From an uncultured Gemmiger sp. (GTDB taxonomy: Bacteria > Bacillota > Clostridia > Oscillospirales > Ruminococcaceae): 64,000 nucleotides of DNA. Every line of letters begins with the position of its first letter. Positions within the stretch are counted from its first letter, which is position 1. Positions 29,579 to 38,485 of the stretch are shown piece by piece. Position numbers and translations under genes: made by a program. The notes beneath the pieces are model-generated. The model was not told the origin of the DNA and did not search any database. It saw only the letters and a program-made list of their open reading frames with translations. The DNA lies in assembly GCA_947629015.1 (NCBI GenBank), contig CANRCB010000009.1:8087-72086 (forward strand), written 5' to 3'.

Positions 29579-29723
29579 GTATCCTTTTTTTGTTTTTGGG
29601 CGGCGGTCCTACTATATAGGAGGCAAAGCGGCGGGCGGAAAATTTTTTCCGCCCGCCGCCGCATGGGGGAAGAACACCCCCGCCCGGGCAGGGGTGCTTT
29701 CTAAAGGTATTGGCCCGCGCGCC

Positions 29724-30575
29724 CTATAGCACGAGCTGGAGCGTCTCCAGCTCCCGGCGGTGCCGTTCCCCGTCCGTTTGGGTGTAGATGCGCGTGGTGT
29801 TGATGCTGCTGTGCCCAAGGATGGCCGCCAGATGGTCCAGGTCTTTGCTCGCCTGATAAAAACACACCGCGAACAGATGCCGCAGGTTGTGCGGGAAAAC
29901 CTTCCCCGCGGCCACCCCCGCCGCCCTGGCCAGCGCCTTCATCATGCTCCAGATGTTGCTGCGGTCCAGCGGCCGCCCGCTGCGCGTGATGAAGATCCCG
30001 CCCTCGCAGATGCCGTGCCGCGCGCAGTACCGGGTAAGCTGCGCGCACAGCTTGCGCGGCAGGAAGACCGTGCGCGTCTTGCCCTTGTTTTCCAGCTCCG
30101 CCCGCCCCGAACGGGCCGCCGCCACCGTGATCCCCCGCAGTTCGCTCACGCGGATGCCGGTGGCACAGATCGTTTGCAGCAGCAGGGCCAAGCGTTCCTG
30201 CCCGCGCCGCTGCGCCGTTTTGACCAGGCGGTAATATTCCTGCCGCGTCAGCTGGCGGGCGGTGTCGCGGTAGGCGCTGCGCTGGATGCGGATGGCACGG
30301 ACCCGGCATTCGTGCCAGCCCAGATAGGCCAAAAAGCCGTTCACCGCCGCCAGCATACTGTTCACGCTGGCCGCGTGGTGGCTGCGCAGCAGCCAGCCCT
30401 TGAACTGCACGACCGTCTCTTTGCTGACCGGCCCCGTACCGCAGTACCCGAAGAACACCGAGAGGTCCCGCATATATTTCTGGATCGTTTTCTCCGCGCG
30501 TTCCTCCCCTTGCAGATAGAAACGGTAATTTTGCAGCATATCCTGTGAAAGATACCGCGGCTCCATGTTTGTCAC
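29724..30575 (-). CDS. Tyrosine recombinase / DNA invertase
   Basis: Intact catalytic set: GIRVSEL (R), NKGKTR (K), PHNLRH (HxxR), LGH, TTRIY (Y); SAM-like N-terminal domain. Confidence 0.93.
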   Translation of the reverse strand: MTNMEPRYLSQDMLQNYRFYLQGEERAEKTIQKYMRDLSVFFGYCGTGPVSKETVVQFKGWLLRSHHAASVNSMLAAVNGFLAYLGWHECRVRAIRIQRSAYRDTARQLTRQEYYRLVKTAQRRGQERLALLLQTICATGIRVSELRGITVAAARSGRAELENKGKTRTVFLPRKLCAQLTRYCARHGICEGGIFITRSGRPLDRSNIWSMMKALARAAGVAAGKVFPHNLRHLFAVCFYQASKDLDHLAAILGHSSINTTRIYTQTDGERHRRELETLQLVL

Positions 30576-30689
30576 CCTTTCTTGTGTTTGAGGTACCTTT
30601 ACCTTACCTTGTATCCCATTATAACTTTGTCAAAATGCCGTATGCAAAGCGGCCTTTGCTTCAAGATCCCCAAACCGGCGGCCCGGCAA

Positions 30690-30721
30690 AGCAAAACCCC
30701 ACGCTCCGCGTGGGGTTTTGC
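30690..30721. terminator. Hairpin terminator downstream of the HD-GYP gene
   Basis: gcaaaaccccacgc-tcc-gcgtggggttttgc. Confidence 0.6.
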
Positions 30722-30782
30722 TTACCACAAAACAAATGGTATACCTTATATATAAACGCGCCCGCGGGCGGCCGCCGGGCGT

Positions 30783-32648
30783 TCAGCGGGCGGCGGTGCA
30801 GGCCTCGCAATAGAGGTCGGCGCGGCGCTGGCGCAGGCGCCGCTCGAGCGCGGCGCAGAAACCGGGGTCGTCCAGCAGGGCGGCCGCCCACGCCGCGTAC
30901 CGCGTGCCGCTGCCGGCGCGCAGATCCGCCAGCACCTCGGCAAAGGGGCGGGCCTCGGCGTAGCTGCGGCCGATATCGTCGGTGGCGCTGTCCAGGCAGT
31001 CCGCCACTGCGACAAGGTCCACCACCCAGCGCAGCTGCGGCGGCAGCGGCGGGATGTCCTGCGGGTAGCCCTGGCTGCCGTCGCTCCACACATGGTGGTA
31101 CAGCGCGGCCATCGCCTCGGGCTGGCGGTCGGGGAAGTGGCACAGCAGATGCCAGCCGAACAGCGGGTGGCAGCGCAGCACGGCCCGCTCTTCGTCCAGC
31201 AGGCTGCGGGCGTACAGCCCCACCACCTGCAGCAGCATACATTTGCCCACATCGTGGTACAGCCCGGCCGAGTGGGCCGTGCGGGCCATGGCCTCCTTTT
31301 GGTTTTGCGCCGCCGCGGCATCGGGCAGGCAGGCCGCCGCGGCAAGCGCCGCGGGCGCCGTGTCCGCCGCGCGCTCCAGCAGCCATTGCGCCAGCGACGC
31401 CACCATGTTGGAGTGCACGTAGGTGGGCGGGTGGCGCCACAGCAGGAAGTTGAGCACCGGCCCCTGCAGCGTGGCGCCCGCCTCGCCAAGGCGGGTGTCC
31501 AGCACCTGGCCGGCCAGGTCGGCGATGACGTCGCTGTATTCGTTTGGCGGGATGGCGCGCAGGTAGGCGTCGGTGCTTTGCTCCCAGTCGGCCAGGGGCG
31601 CCTCGTACCGGGCGCGGCGGTCGGCGGGCAGGCGCTCCAGGTAGCTGCGGGTGTACACCGGCAGGCGCAGGTGCACCGTCATGCCTTCGGGGGTGTAGTC
31701 GTCGTCCGCGACGGTGTTGCGCAGCGTGAGCAGCTGCCGCACCAGCGGCTCCAGCCCCAGCCGGCCGGCGTGGTAGCGCGCCGCCGCGTAGCGGTAGCGC
31801 GTGTTGGCCGGGATGAACCGCCCGGTATCGTCGCCCTTTTCCAGCGCCTGCCACTGGTACATGAACTCGGCCGATTGCAGCACGTCCTGCGCCATCTGCG
31901 CGTCGTCCGCTGTGCGCAGGGTGCTCAAAAAACGGGTGCGGTCATAGTGCATGGCGTAGGCGTAGCGGTTCCACGGCAGGCCGGGGGCGGCGGCGCGGTA
32001 TTTGGCCGAGTTGATCACGGCCATCGCCTCATCAAAAAGCGCCTTGTAGGCGGGGTAGCTGCCAAAGGGGTCTTCCAGCGGGCGGTGGGTGTTGCCGCCG
32101 TAGACCGCGGGCGCGCACAGCCGCCGGTTGCCCAGGCAGCGGATGATCTTGTCCTGCGTGGCGGCGTCAAAATCGGCGAACCGGTCCAGCCGGGCGGCGC
32201 CCTCGGTAAAGCAGGCCGTGACCTCGGCCCCGAACAGGTTGATGCCCATGCGCGGGCGCGCGATGTTGAGGTAATACAGCGCCAGCCCCATGCCGTACAG
32301 CTGTTCCACCATCAGCGGCTCGTCCCCGTGGAGCGCCGCGTAGCGGTAGAGCAGGCGGTGGGTGCGGTAGGCGGCGCCGATGTCCAGGTGGCGCGCGTAG
32401 AGCATCAGCGCCTCGGAAAATTCCCGCAAAGCGGCGGCGTCGGCGGGGGTGAGGGCGGCGGGGTCCCGGTCCAGCACAAGGTTGTGCAGCAGCCAGTCAT
32501 TGCCGGCGCGCAGGGTGCGTATCTCGTCGGTGCGCGCGCGGATGCCCGCCGGCAGATCGGCAGGCGCAGGGCCCGGCGCGGCCTGCGGGCGGGCCAGCTC
32601 CTGTACGCGCCGCACCTGGGCGACATATTGCTCAAACGGGGCCTGCAT
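30783..32648 (-). CDS. HD-GYP domain protein (putative cyclic dinucleotide phosphodiesterase) with long helical N-terminus
   Basis: TYVHS, YHDVGK, HP, YHHVWSDGSQGYP, VAVADCLD. Confidence 0.82.
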   Translation of the reverse strand: MQAPFEQYVAQVRRVQELARPQAAPGPAPADLPAGIRARTDEIRTLRAGNDWLLHNLVLDRDPAALTPADAAALREFSEALMLYARHLDIGAAYRTHRLLYRYAALHGDEPLMVEQLYGMGLALYYLNIARPRMGINLFGAEVTACFTEGAARLDRFADFDAATQDKIIRCLGNRRLCAPAVYGGNTHRPLEDPFGSYPAYKALFDEAMAVINSAKYRAAAPGLPWNRYAYAMHYDRTRFLSTLRTADDAQMAQDVLQSAEFMYQWQALEKGDDTGRFIPANTRYRYAAARYHAGRLGLEPLVRQLLTLRNTVADDDYTPEGMTVHLRLPVYTRSYLERLPADRRARYEAPLADWEQSTDAYLRAIPPNEYSDVIADLAGQVLDTRLGEAGATLQGPVLNFLLWRHPPTYVHSNMVASLAQWLLERAADTAPAALAAAACLPDAAAAQNQKEAMARTAHSAGLYHDVGKCMLLQVVGLYARSLLDEERAVLRCHPLFGWHLLCHFPDRQPEAMAALYHHVWSDGSQGYPQDIPPLPPQLRWVVDLVAVADCLDSATDDIGRSYAEARPFAEVLADLRAGSGTRYAAWAAALLDDPGFCAALERRLRQRRADLYCEACTAAR

Positions 32649-32807
32649 GGCGGGTACATCCTTTCTCCCAAAGCAAATGCAAAACGTTCTTTTTTCCAGT
32701 ATAGCCCCGTTTGGCGGCGCCGTCAACACCCGCCCGGCGGTTGACAGGCGCGCGCCCGGCGGGGTATACTGGGCAGTAGTATCCATGACCGAAAGGGGCC
32801 TTTGCGT

Positions 32808-33347
32808 ATGCCGTCCTCCGCCGCCCGCGCCCGCCGCATGGCGCTGTGCGCGCTGTTTGCCGCGCTCACCGCCGTGTGCAGCCAACTCGCCGTACCCATG
32901 CCATGGGGCGTGCCGGTCAACCTGGCCCTGTTCGCCGTATATATGGCGGGCACGATGCTGGGCCCCGGGTGGGGCGCCGCGTCGCAGGCGGTGTTTTTGG
33001 GCCTGGCGGCGCTCGGCCTGCCGGTGATGGCGGGTTTCCGCGGCGGCCCGGCGGCGCTGTTCGGCCTGACGGGCGGCTACGCGCTGGGCTACCTGGCGGC
33101 GGCGCCGGTGTGCGGGGCCTTTACCGCGCGCCGGCGCGGGTTCGGGGCGCTGTGCGCCGGCATGGCGCTGGGCTGCGCGGTGTGCTACGCGTTCGGCAGC
33201 GTGTGGTTCGCGGTGCTTTCGGGCAACGGGCTGCGCGCCGCGCTGGCGCTGTGTGTGGCGCCCTTTTTGCCCGGGGACGCGGTGAAGATCCTGCTGGCCG
33301 CGGCGCTGACCCGCGCGCTGGACCGGCGCGGGGCGCGCGGCCGGTAA
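32808..33347 (+). CDS. bioY: Biotin ECF transporter S component
   Basis: VPVNL, GLPVMAGFRGG, TGGYALGY, PFLPGDAVK. Confidence 0.9.
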   Translation: MPSSAARARRMALCALFAALTAVCSQLAVPMPWGVPVNLALFAVYMAGTMLGPGWGAASQAVFLGLAALGLPVMAGFRGGPAALFGLTGGYALGYLAAAPVCGAFTARRRGFGALCAGMALGCAVCYAFGSVWFAVLSGNGLRAALALCVAPFLPGDAVKILLAAALTRALDRRGARGR

Positions 33348-33365
33348 CGGAAGGGGGCGGCGCGT

Positions 33366-33833
33366 ATGCGCTGGATGGCGGTGGATTACGGGGACGCGCG
33401 CACCGGCCTGGCCGTGTGCGACGCGGGCGAGAATTTTGCCACCCCGCTGACGCCCCAGATCGAGGAAAAGAGCCTGAACCGCTGTGCCGACGCCGTGGCG
33501 GCCGCCGCCGCCGCGCAGCGGGCGGAGGGCCTTGTGTGCGGGCTGCCCAAAAACATGGACGGCACCCTTGGCGCGCGCGCCAACACCACCCGACGCTTTG
33601 CCGCCCGCCTGGCCCTGGCCAGCGGCCTGCCGGTGGTGTTGTGGGACGAACGGCGCACCACCGTATCGGCCGCGGCGCTGCTGGGCGAGAACGGCACCTT
33701 TGGCCAAAAGCGCAAAGCCCGGCTGGACGCCGTTTCGGCCGCCGTGCTGCTGGAAAGTTTTTTGCACTGGCGGCGCCTGCACCCCGACGAGGCCCCGCCC
33801 GGCCGCATCCTGCCCGACCCCGAAACGAGGTGA
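33366..33833 (+). CDS. ruvX: YqgF/RuvX family nuclease
   Basis: AVDYGDARTGLAVCD, GLPKNMDG, WDERRTT, DAVSAAVLL. Confidence 0.92.
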   Translation: MRWMAVDYGDARTGLAVCDAGENFATPLTPQIEEKSLNRCADAVAAAAAAQRAEGLVCGLPKNMDGTLGARANTTRRFAARLALASGLPVVLWDERRTTVSAAALLGENGTFGQKRKARLDAVSAAVLLESFLHWRRLHPDEAPPGRILPDPETR

Positions 33834-33838
33834 CCGTT

Positions 33839-34552
33839 ATGCCCGAACGCATCCCCACCCACGCCGCCATCATCGTGGACGGCAACCGCCGCTGGGCGCG
33901 CGCCCGCGGCCTGCCGGTGAGCCTTGGCCACAAGGCCGGCTTTGAGCGCCTGAAGGAGATCGCCCGTTATGTGATGGGCGAGGCGGGCGTCAAGGTGCTG
34001 AGCCTGTACGTGTTCTCGACCGAGAATTTCTCCCGCGACGCCAAAGAGGTCGCCTATCTGATGGATCTGTTCGCCAACAATTTCCGCTCCATCATCGGCG
34101 AGATGAACGAGCGGGACTGCAAGGTGGTGTTCAGCGGCCGGCGGGCGGGCCTGGCCCCGCGCGTGCTGGACGCCATGGACACCATCACCGAAGCGACAAA
34201 GGCCAACGCCACCGGCACGGTGAATTTCTGCCTGAACTACGGCGCCCGCGCCGAGCTGGCCGACGCCGCGCGCGCCCTGGCGGAAGAGGTGCGCCGCGGC
34301 GCGCTGGCGCCCGACGCCATCGACGAGGCCGCCGTGGAGGCGCACCTCTACCACGCGCTGCCGCCGGTGGACCTGCTCATCCGCACCAGCGGGGAGCAGC
34401 GCATCTCCAACTTCCTTTTGTGGCAGTGCGCCTACGCCGAGTTTTATTTCACGCCGGTGCTTTTTCCGGATTTTACCCCCGCGGATTTCGACGCCGCCCT
34501 GGCCGAGTACGCCCGCCGGGACCGCCGCATGGGCGGCAACAGCACCCGGTAA
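33839..34552 (+). CDS. uppS: Undecaprenyl diphosphate synthase
   Basis: IVDGNRRWA, FSTENF, DLLIRTSGEQRISNFLLWQ. Confidence 0.95.
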   Translation: MPERIPTHAAIIVDGNRRWARARGLPVSLGHKAGFERLKEIARYVMGEAGVKVLSLYVFSTENFSRDAKEVAYLMDLFANNFRSIIGEMNERDCKVVFSGRRAGLAPRVLDAMDTITEATKANATGTVNFCLNYGARAELADAARALAEEVRRGALAPDAIDEAAVEAHLYHALPPVDLLIRTSGEQRISNFLLWQCAYAEFYFTPVLFPDFTPADFDAALAEYARRDRRMGGNSTR

Positions 34553-34639
34553 CGTCGGCAATGCTGTAAATACGGATACGCCGCCCCCGGCCGCGCTTTG
34601 CGCGGCCGGGGGCGCGGTGTTTGCGGGGGCGTTTCTTTT

Positions 34640-34773
34640 CCCCTCATCCGGCCGCTGCGCGGCCACCTATCTCCGCGCCAAGAGCCGCCCTTCGGGCGCT
34701 TGGCTCCGGTGCGAAGCCCGGAGCTTGCGCTCCGAAATGCGCCTGCGGGCGCGATCCCCCGGAGGGGGAAGGC
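34640..34773. repeat. REP-like palindromic repeat interrupted by an 86-bp dispersed element (34669-34754)
   Basis: About 70 bp of the insert recurs at 59562-59634; removing the insert restores the hairpin ccttccccc-gga-gggggaagg. Confidence 0.7.
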
Positions 34774-34785
34774 TTCCGGGGTATC

Positions 34786-35640
34786 TCACCCCAAAAACGC
34801 GCGCAGGCGCGCAAGCTCCCGCCCGGCCACCTCGCGGCCGTGGTCATAGACGCGCTGCATCTCGGCGGGGTCATGCTCCACCGAATGGATGCCCAGCGGA
34901 TAGTCCGGGCACAGCACAAAGGCGGCGCCCGCCAGCTCCTGCCGGCGGATGTAGCGCAGCGTCTCGTTGTAGCGCTCGTGCCGGTCGGCCACCGCCGCCA
35001 CAAAGGCGGGGTACTGCCGCAGCGCCCGGCGCATCACCGGCAGCAGCCTGTTCGGCTCCTTCCGGAACCCGCGCGGCTGGGTGCGCACCACCACGTTGCG
35101 GGCGTAGCCCTCGCCCTCCATAAAGCGCAGCGGGATGGAATCCCCGATGCCGCCGTCCAGAAGGTCGTACCCGTCCAGATGCACCACGCGGCTGGCCAGC
35201 GGCATACTGGCCGAGGCGCGTATCCACATAAAGGTGTCGGCGTCGCACCGGTCCAGCCGGCGGTAGACCGCCTTGCCGGTGTGCACGTCGGTGGCCACGA
35301 CGTAAAAGGCCATCGGGTCGGCCTCATAGGCCGCGGCGTCGAATGGGTCCAGCCGCAGCGGGATGTCCCCATAGCAGAAATTGGCGTTGTAGATGTCGCC
35401 CGTCGTCAGCCAGCTGTGCGCGCCGGCGTAGCGCTTGTCCTGGCAGTATTTCAAATTGTAGCGCAGCCCGCGCCCCGCCTGCCGGCTTTTGAGGTTGCAG
35501 CCGAAGCACGCCCCGGCCGACACGCCCACCGCGCCGTCGAACCGCAGGCCGTTTTCCATGAACACATCCAGCACCCCGGCGCTGAACAGCCCGCGCATCG
35601 CGCCGCCCTCCAGCACCAGGCCGGTCTTTTGGCCTTTCAT
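34786..35640 (-). CDS. Patatin-like phospholipase family protein
   Basis: LEGGAMRG, GVSAG, DGG motifs. Confidence 0.9.
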   Translation of the reverse strand: MKGQKTGLVLEGGAMRGLFSAGVLDVFMENGLRFDGAVGVSAGACFGCNLKSRQAGRGLRYNLKYCQDKRYAGAHSWLTTGDIYNANFCYGDIPLRLDPFDAAAYEADPMAFYVVATDVHTGKAVYRRLDRCDADTFMWIRASASMPLASRVVHLDGYDLLDGGIGDSIPLRFMEGEGYARNVVVRTQPRGFRKEPNRLLPVMRRALRQYPAFVAAVADRHERYNETLRYIRRQELAGAAFVLCPDYPLGIHSVEHDPAEMQRVYDHGREVAGRELARLRAFLG

Positions 35641-36518
35641 CCCTGCCCCTCCTTCCGCGCGGCGCCGTCCCGCGCCCACGGCACGCGCCCCGCGCGCAGC
35701 GGTACCTCATAAAAGCGGGCGGTTTTGTCGCGCGCGGTGTCGTTCCATTTGTCAAAGCCCCCGGGGGCGATGTGCGCGCCGTAGTCACAGCCCTCAAACA
35801 CGCACAGGCCGTAGTCCCGCCAGGGGCGCGCCAGCCAGATGCTGCCGTCCGCCACGCCGGGCTCGGCGGTGAAACGGCACCGCCGGAAGGTGAACCCCTC
35901 GCCCTGCTCCGGCGCGTGCGCGGGCGCGGCGGCATAGCCGGTGCCGCGCGCGTCACGCAGGGAGCGTATCTCGCAGTCCTGGAACAGCGCCGCCCCGCAG
36001 CCGAAGATGAAATCCACCGTGCCCTCGATGAGGCAGCCGGTAAAAGTCTGGCGGCAGGGCTTGTCCTGCCGGAGGATATCGGGCAGAAACCCGTCATACC
36101 GGGCGATGAGATCCCGCGGCAGCGGCCCCAGGAACAGCGTGTCCTGCGTGGAGGAAAGGCGGCACCGCTCCATCGTGAAGGCGTCGCCGTACACCGTCAG
36201 CGCCACCTCCTGCCCCTTCACCTCGGGGGACAAAGCGTCGTTGGCGATGCACAGGTCCCGCACCGTCACGCCGTCGGCGCACACCGCCGCCGTCCAGGTG
36301 CGGAAGGTGTTGTACTCCCGCCCGAGTGTGTCGCGTTTTTGGGCATAATCGCCAAAAACGATGCGCGTCCTGTCCGCCCCGGCGCCGCACAGCGTCAGCC
36401 CCGGCGTGCGCACCATGATTTTTGCGCGCCATTCGCCGGGGCCCAGCTGCACCGTCTCGCCCGGGCGGGCGGCATCCAGCGCCTGTTGCAGGTCATCGCG
36501 GTTTTTTACCGTTATCAC
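35637..36518 (-). CDS. Pectinesterase (CE8), no signal peptide
   Basis: GQEVAL, QDTLF, IEGTVDFIFG, LARPW. Confidence 0.88.
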   Translation of the reverse strand: MITVKNRDDLQQALDAARPGETVQLGPGEWRAKIMVRTPGLTLCGAGADRTRIVFGDYAQKRDTLGREYNTFRTWTAAVCADGVTVRDLCIANDALSPEVKGQEVALTVYGDAFTMERCRLSSTQDTLFLGPLPRDLIARYDGFLPDILRQDKPCRQTFTGCLIEGTVDFIFGCGAALFQDCEIRSLRDARGTGYAAAPAHAPEQGEGFTFRRCRFTAEPGVADGSIWLARPWRDYGLCVFEGCDYGAHIAPGGFDKWNDTARDKTARFYEVPLRAGRVPWARDGAARKEGQG

Positions 36519-36824
36519 CGCGCCCGCCCCCTTTCCTGAACATACCTGCATTATACGCCCGCCCCCGCGCCGCTGCCTATGCCCGCGGCCGAAAATATCT
36601 TTTTTGTGCATAAATTAGACAGATTTGTATATATACATACGCGTTATCATCCTATATAATAAATAAGGTTTCTAAAAGGCGGTTTCTTGTCAATTTGCAC
36701 AAACAACGGGCGCCAGATTCGCCATAATGCGAAAAACGCGGGCCGCCGCGCCGGCGGGGCGGCTTTTCAGTGTCAAAAACGGGCGTTCGCGCCCCGGCCG
36801 CGGGCCGGCGGCGAAGGGGAAGGT

Positions 36825-37409
36825 ATGAACAGGCATTACACCTTTGCGCAGTACCGCGCCATCGACCTGGCCATCTGGGCCGTGCTTTTGGCGATCTTTG
36901 AGTATCTTCTCGTCATTTCGGCGCGTTTCTGGTTTGCGGACCAGCTGTACACAGTCTCGTTGGCGGCGGCGCTCACCGCCATCGTCTATATGCGCTGGGG
37001 CGTATGGGGCGCCTTCCATGCCGTGGAGGCGGGCGCGGTGTTCTGCTATTTTTCCGGCGGCACGCCGCGGCAGTACCTTATTTATTGTGCGGGCAACCTG
37101 CTCTCGCTGGCGGCGCTGGCGGTGTTCAGGCTGCGGGATAAAGAAACGGTGCGCGCGAAGGCCTTTTGGGCCGTGGGATTCGCGCTGGCGGTGCAGCTGC
37201 TGATGCAGGCCGGCCGGGCGCTGGCGGCGCTGGCGCTGGGCACGTCGCCGGGCGCGGCGGCCGCGTTCTTCACCACCGATTCGCTTTCCCTGCTTTTTAC
37301 CGGTGTGATCGTCTGGATAGCCCGTAGGCTGGACGGTGTCTATGAAGATCAAAAACACTATCTTCTGCGCGTACAGGCACAGGAGGAACACAAAGGAGGC
37401 AATCTATGA
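36825..37409 (+). CDS. Uncharacterised multi-pass membrane protein
   Basis: About 5-6 hydrophobic helices; overlaps the start of the next gene (translational coupling). Confidence 0.75.
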   Translation: MNRHYTFAQYRAIDLAIWAVLLAIFEYLLVISARFWFADQLYTVSLAAALTAIVYMRWGVWGAFHAVEAGAVFCYFSGGTPRQYLIYCAGNLLSLAALAVFRLRDKETVRAKAFWAVGFALAVQLLMQAGRALAALALGTSPGAAAAFFTTDSLSLLFTGVIVWIARRLDGVYEDQKHYLLRVQAQEEHKGGNL

Positions 37410-38473
37410 AAGTAAGGGCAGCGGACTACCTTGTCTATGATAAGGACAAGGGTGTCTATCAACTCAGCCCGGAACAGGTCGTGCGGGACGATGTGGAAAA
37501 GCATTACTGGGCCCACGTCGGGCGTACCATCCTCAAGGATTGGCGTCTGTACCTGATGCTCGTCCCCATGTTGCTGATCTTCCTGTTCTGGCGCTACTTC
37601 CCGATGTATGAATTGCTGGGGTGCTTCAAAGTATCGGACAACGTCCTGCCCGTTTCTCAGCAGCTGTTCTCCGGCTTTTCCTACTTCAAGCGGCTGCTGC
37701 TGGCGGGGGACGGCCTCTCGACCGACTTCTGGCGCGCCATGCGCAACACCTTCATTTTGAGCTTCTACGGCCTGTGCTTCGGGTTCCCCATCCCCATCAT
37801 CCTGGCGCTGTTCTTCAATGAAGTGCGCAGCGATGCGGCCCGCAGCGTCTTCCAGGTGCTGACCTACCTGCCCAAGTTCATGTCCACCGTCGTCATGACC
37901 ACGCTGATCGCCATGCTCGTCAAGCAGGCGTCGCTGGTCTCCGGCGCCGGCATCGTGAGCCAGGCGCTGGCCGGGCTGGGCTTCATCAGTGTGGAGACCG
38001 CCAAAGGCGGCCTGCTGAACCTGCCTTCCTTCTTCCGCTCCATCTACCAGATCAGCGGCATCTGGGAGGGCGCCGGCTATGACAGCATCGTCTTCTTCGC
38101 CGCCATCATCGCCATCTCGCCCACCAGCTACGAGGCGGCGCAGATCGACGGCGCGAACAAATGGGCGCAGATGCGCTACGTGGTGCTGCCGAGCATTTTG
38201 TCCACCATCGTCATCATGCTCATCACCCGTATCGGCTCGCTGCTGAACATCGGCTACGAGAAGGTCTTGCTGCTCTACAACGCCCAAACCTACGTTACGG
38301 CCGACGTCGTGTCCACCTTCGCCTACCGCAACAGTATCGGCGCGGTCGGCGGCTCGAGCGCCGGTTCGGGCCTTGCCTCGGCGGCTGAGATGATGAACAA
38401 CGTCATCGGTATGCTGCTGGTCATCGGCTCCAACACCATCGCCAAAAAGGCGTCGAACACGTCGCTGTACTAA
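37406..38473 (+). CDS. Carbohydrate ABC permease (LplB-like)
   Basis: FPIPIILAL, YEAAQIDGA EAA motif, NIGYEKV. Confidence 0.9.
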   Translation: MKVRAADYLVYDKDKGVYQLSPEQVVRDDVEKHYWAHVGRTILKDWRLYLMLVPMLLIFLFWRYFPMYELLGCFKVSDNVLPVSQQLFSGFSYFKRLLLAGDGLSTDFWRAMRNTFILSFYGLCFGFPIPIILALFFNEVRSDAARSVFQVLTYLPKFMSTVVMTTLIAMLVKQASLVSGAGIVSQALAGLGFISVETAKGGLLNLPSFFRSIYQISGIWEGAGYDSIVFFAAIIAISPTSYEAAQIDGANKWAQMRYVVLPSILSTIVIMLITRIGSLLNIGYEKVLLLYNAQTYVTADVVSTFAYRNSIGAVGGSSAGSGLASAAEMMNNVIGMLLVIGSNTIAKKASNTSLY

Positions 38474-38485
38474 CAGGAGGGCGCC

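Noticed and set aside
29724-30575. Recombinase as a prophage or ICE integrase
   Set aside because: Short (283 aa), no arm-binding domain, no excisionase, phage or conjugation genes, no att duplication of the tRNA; adjacent inverted repeats favour an invertase
22321-30730. Partial matches to the invertible-repeat core (taccacag at ~22324, ttaccaca at ~30722) suggesting a multi-site shufflon
   Set aside because: Only 8 bp each; compatible with chance
32722-32746. BirA operator upstream of bioY (gtcaac...gttgac)
   Set aside because: Spacer of 12 bp is shorter than the usual BirA site, and the symmetry is explained by back-to-back -35 boxes of two divergent promoters
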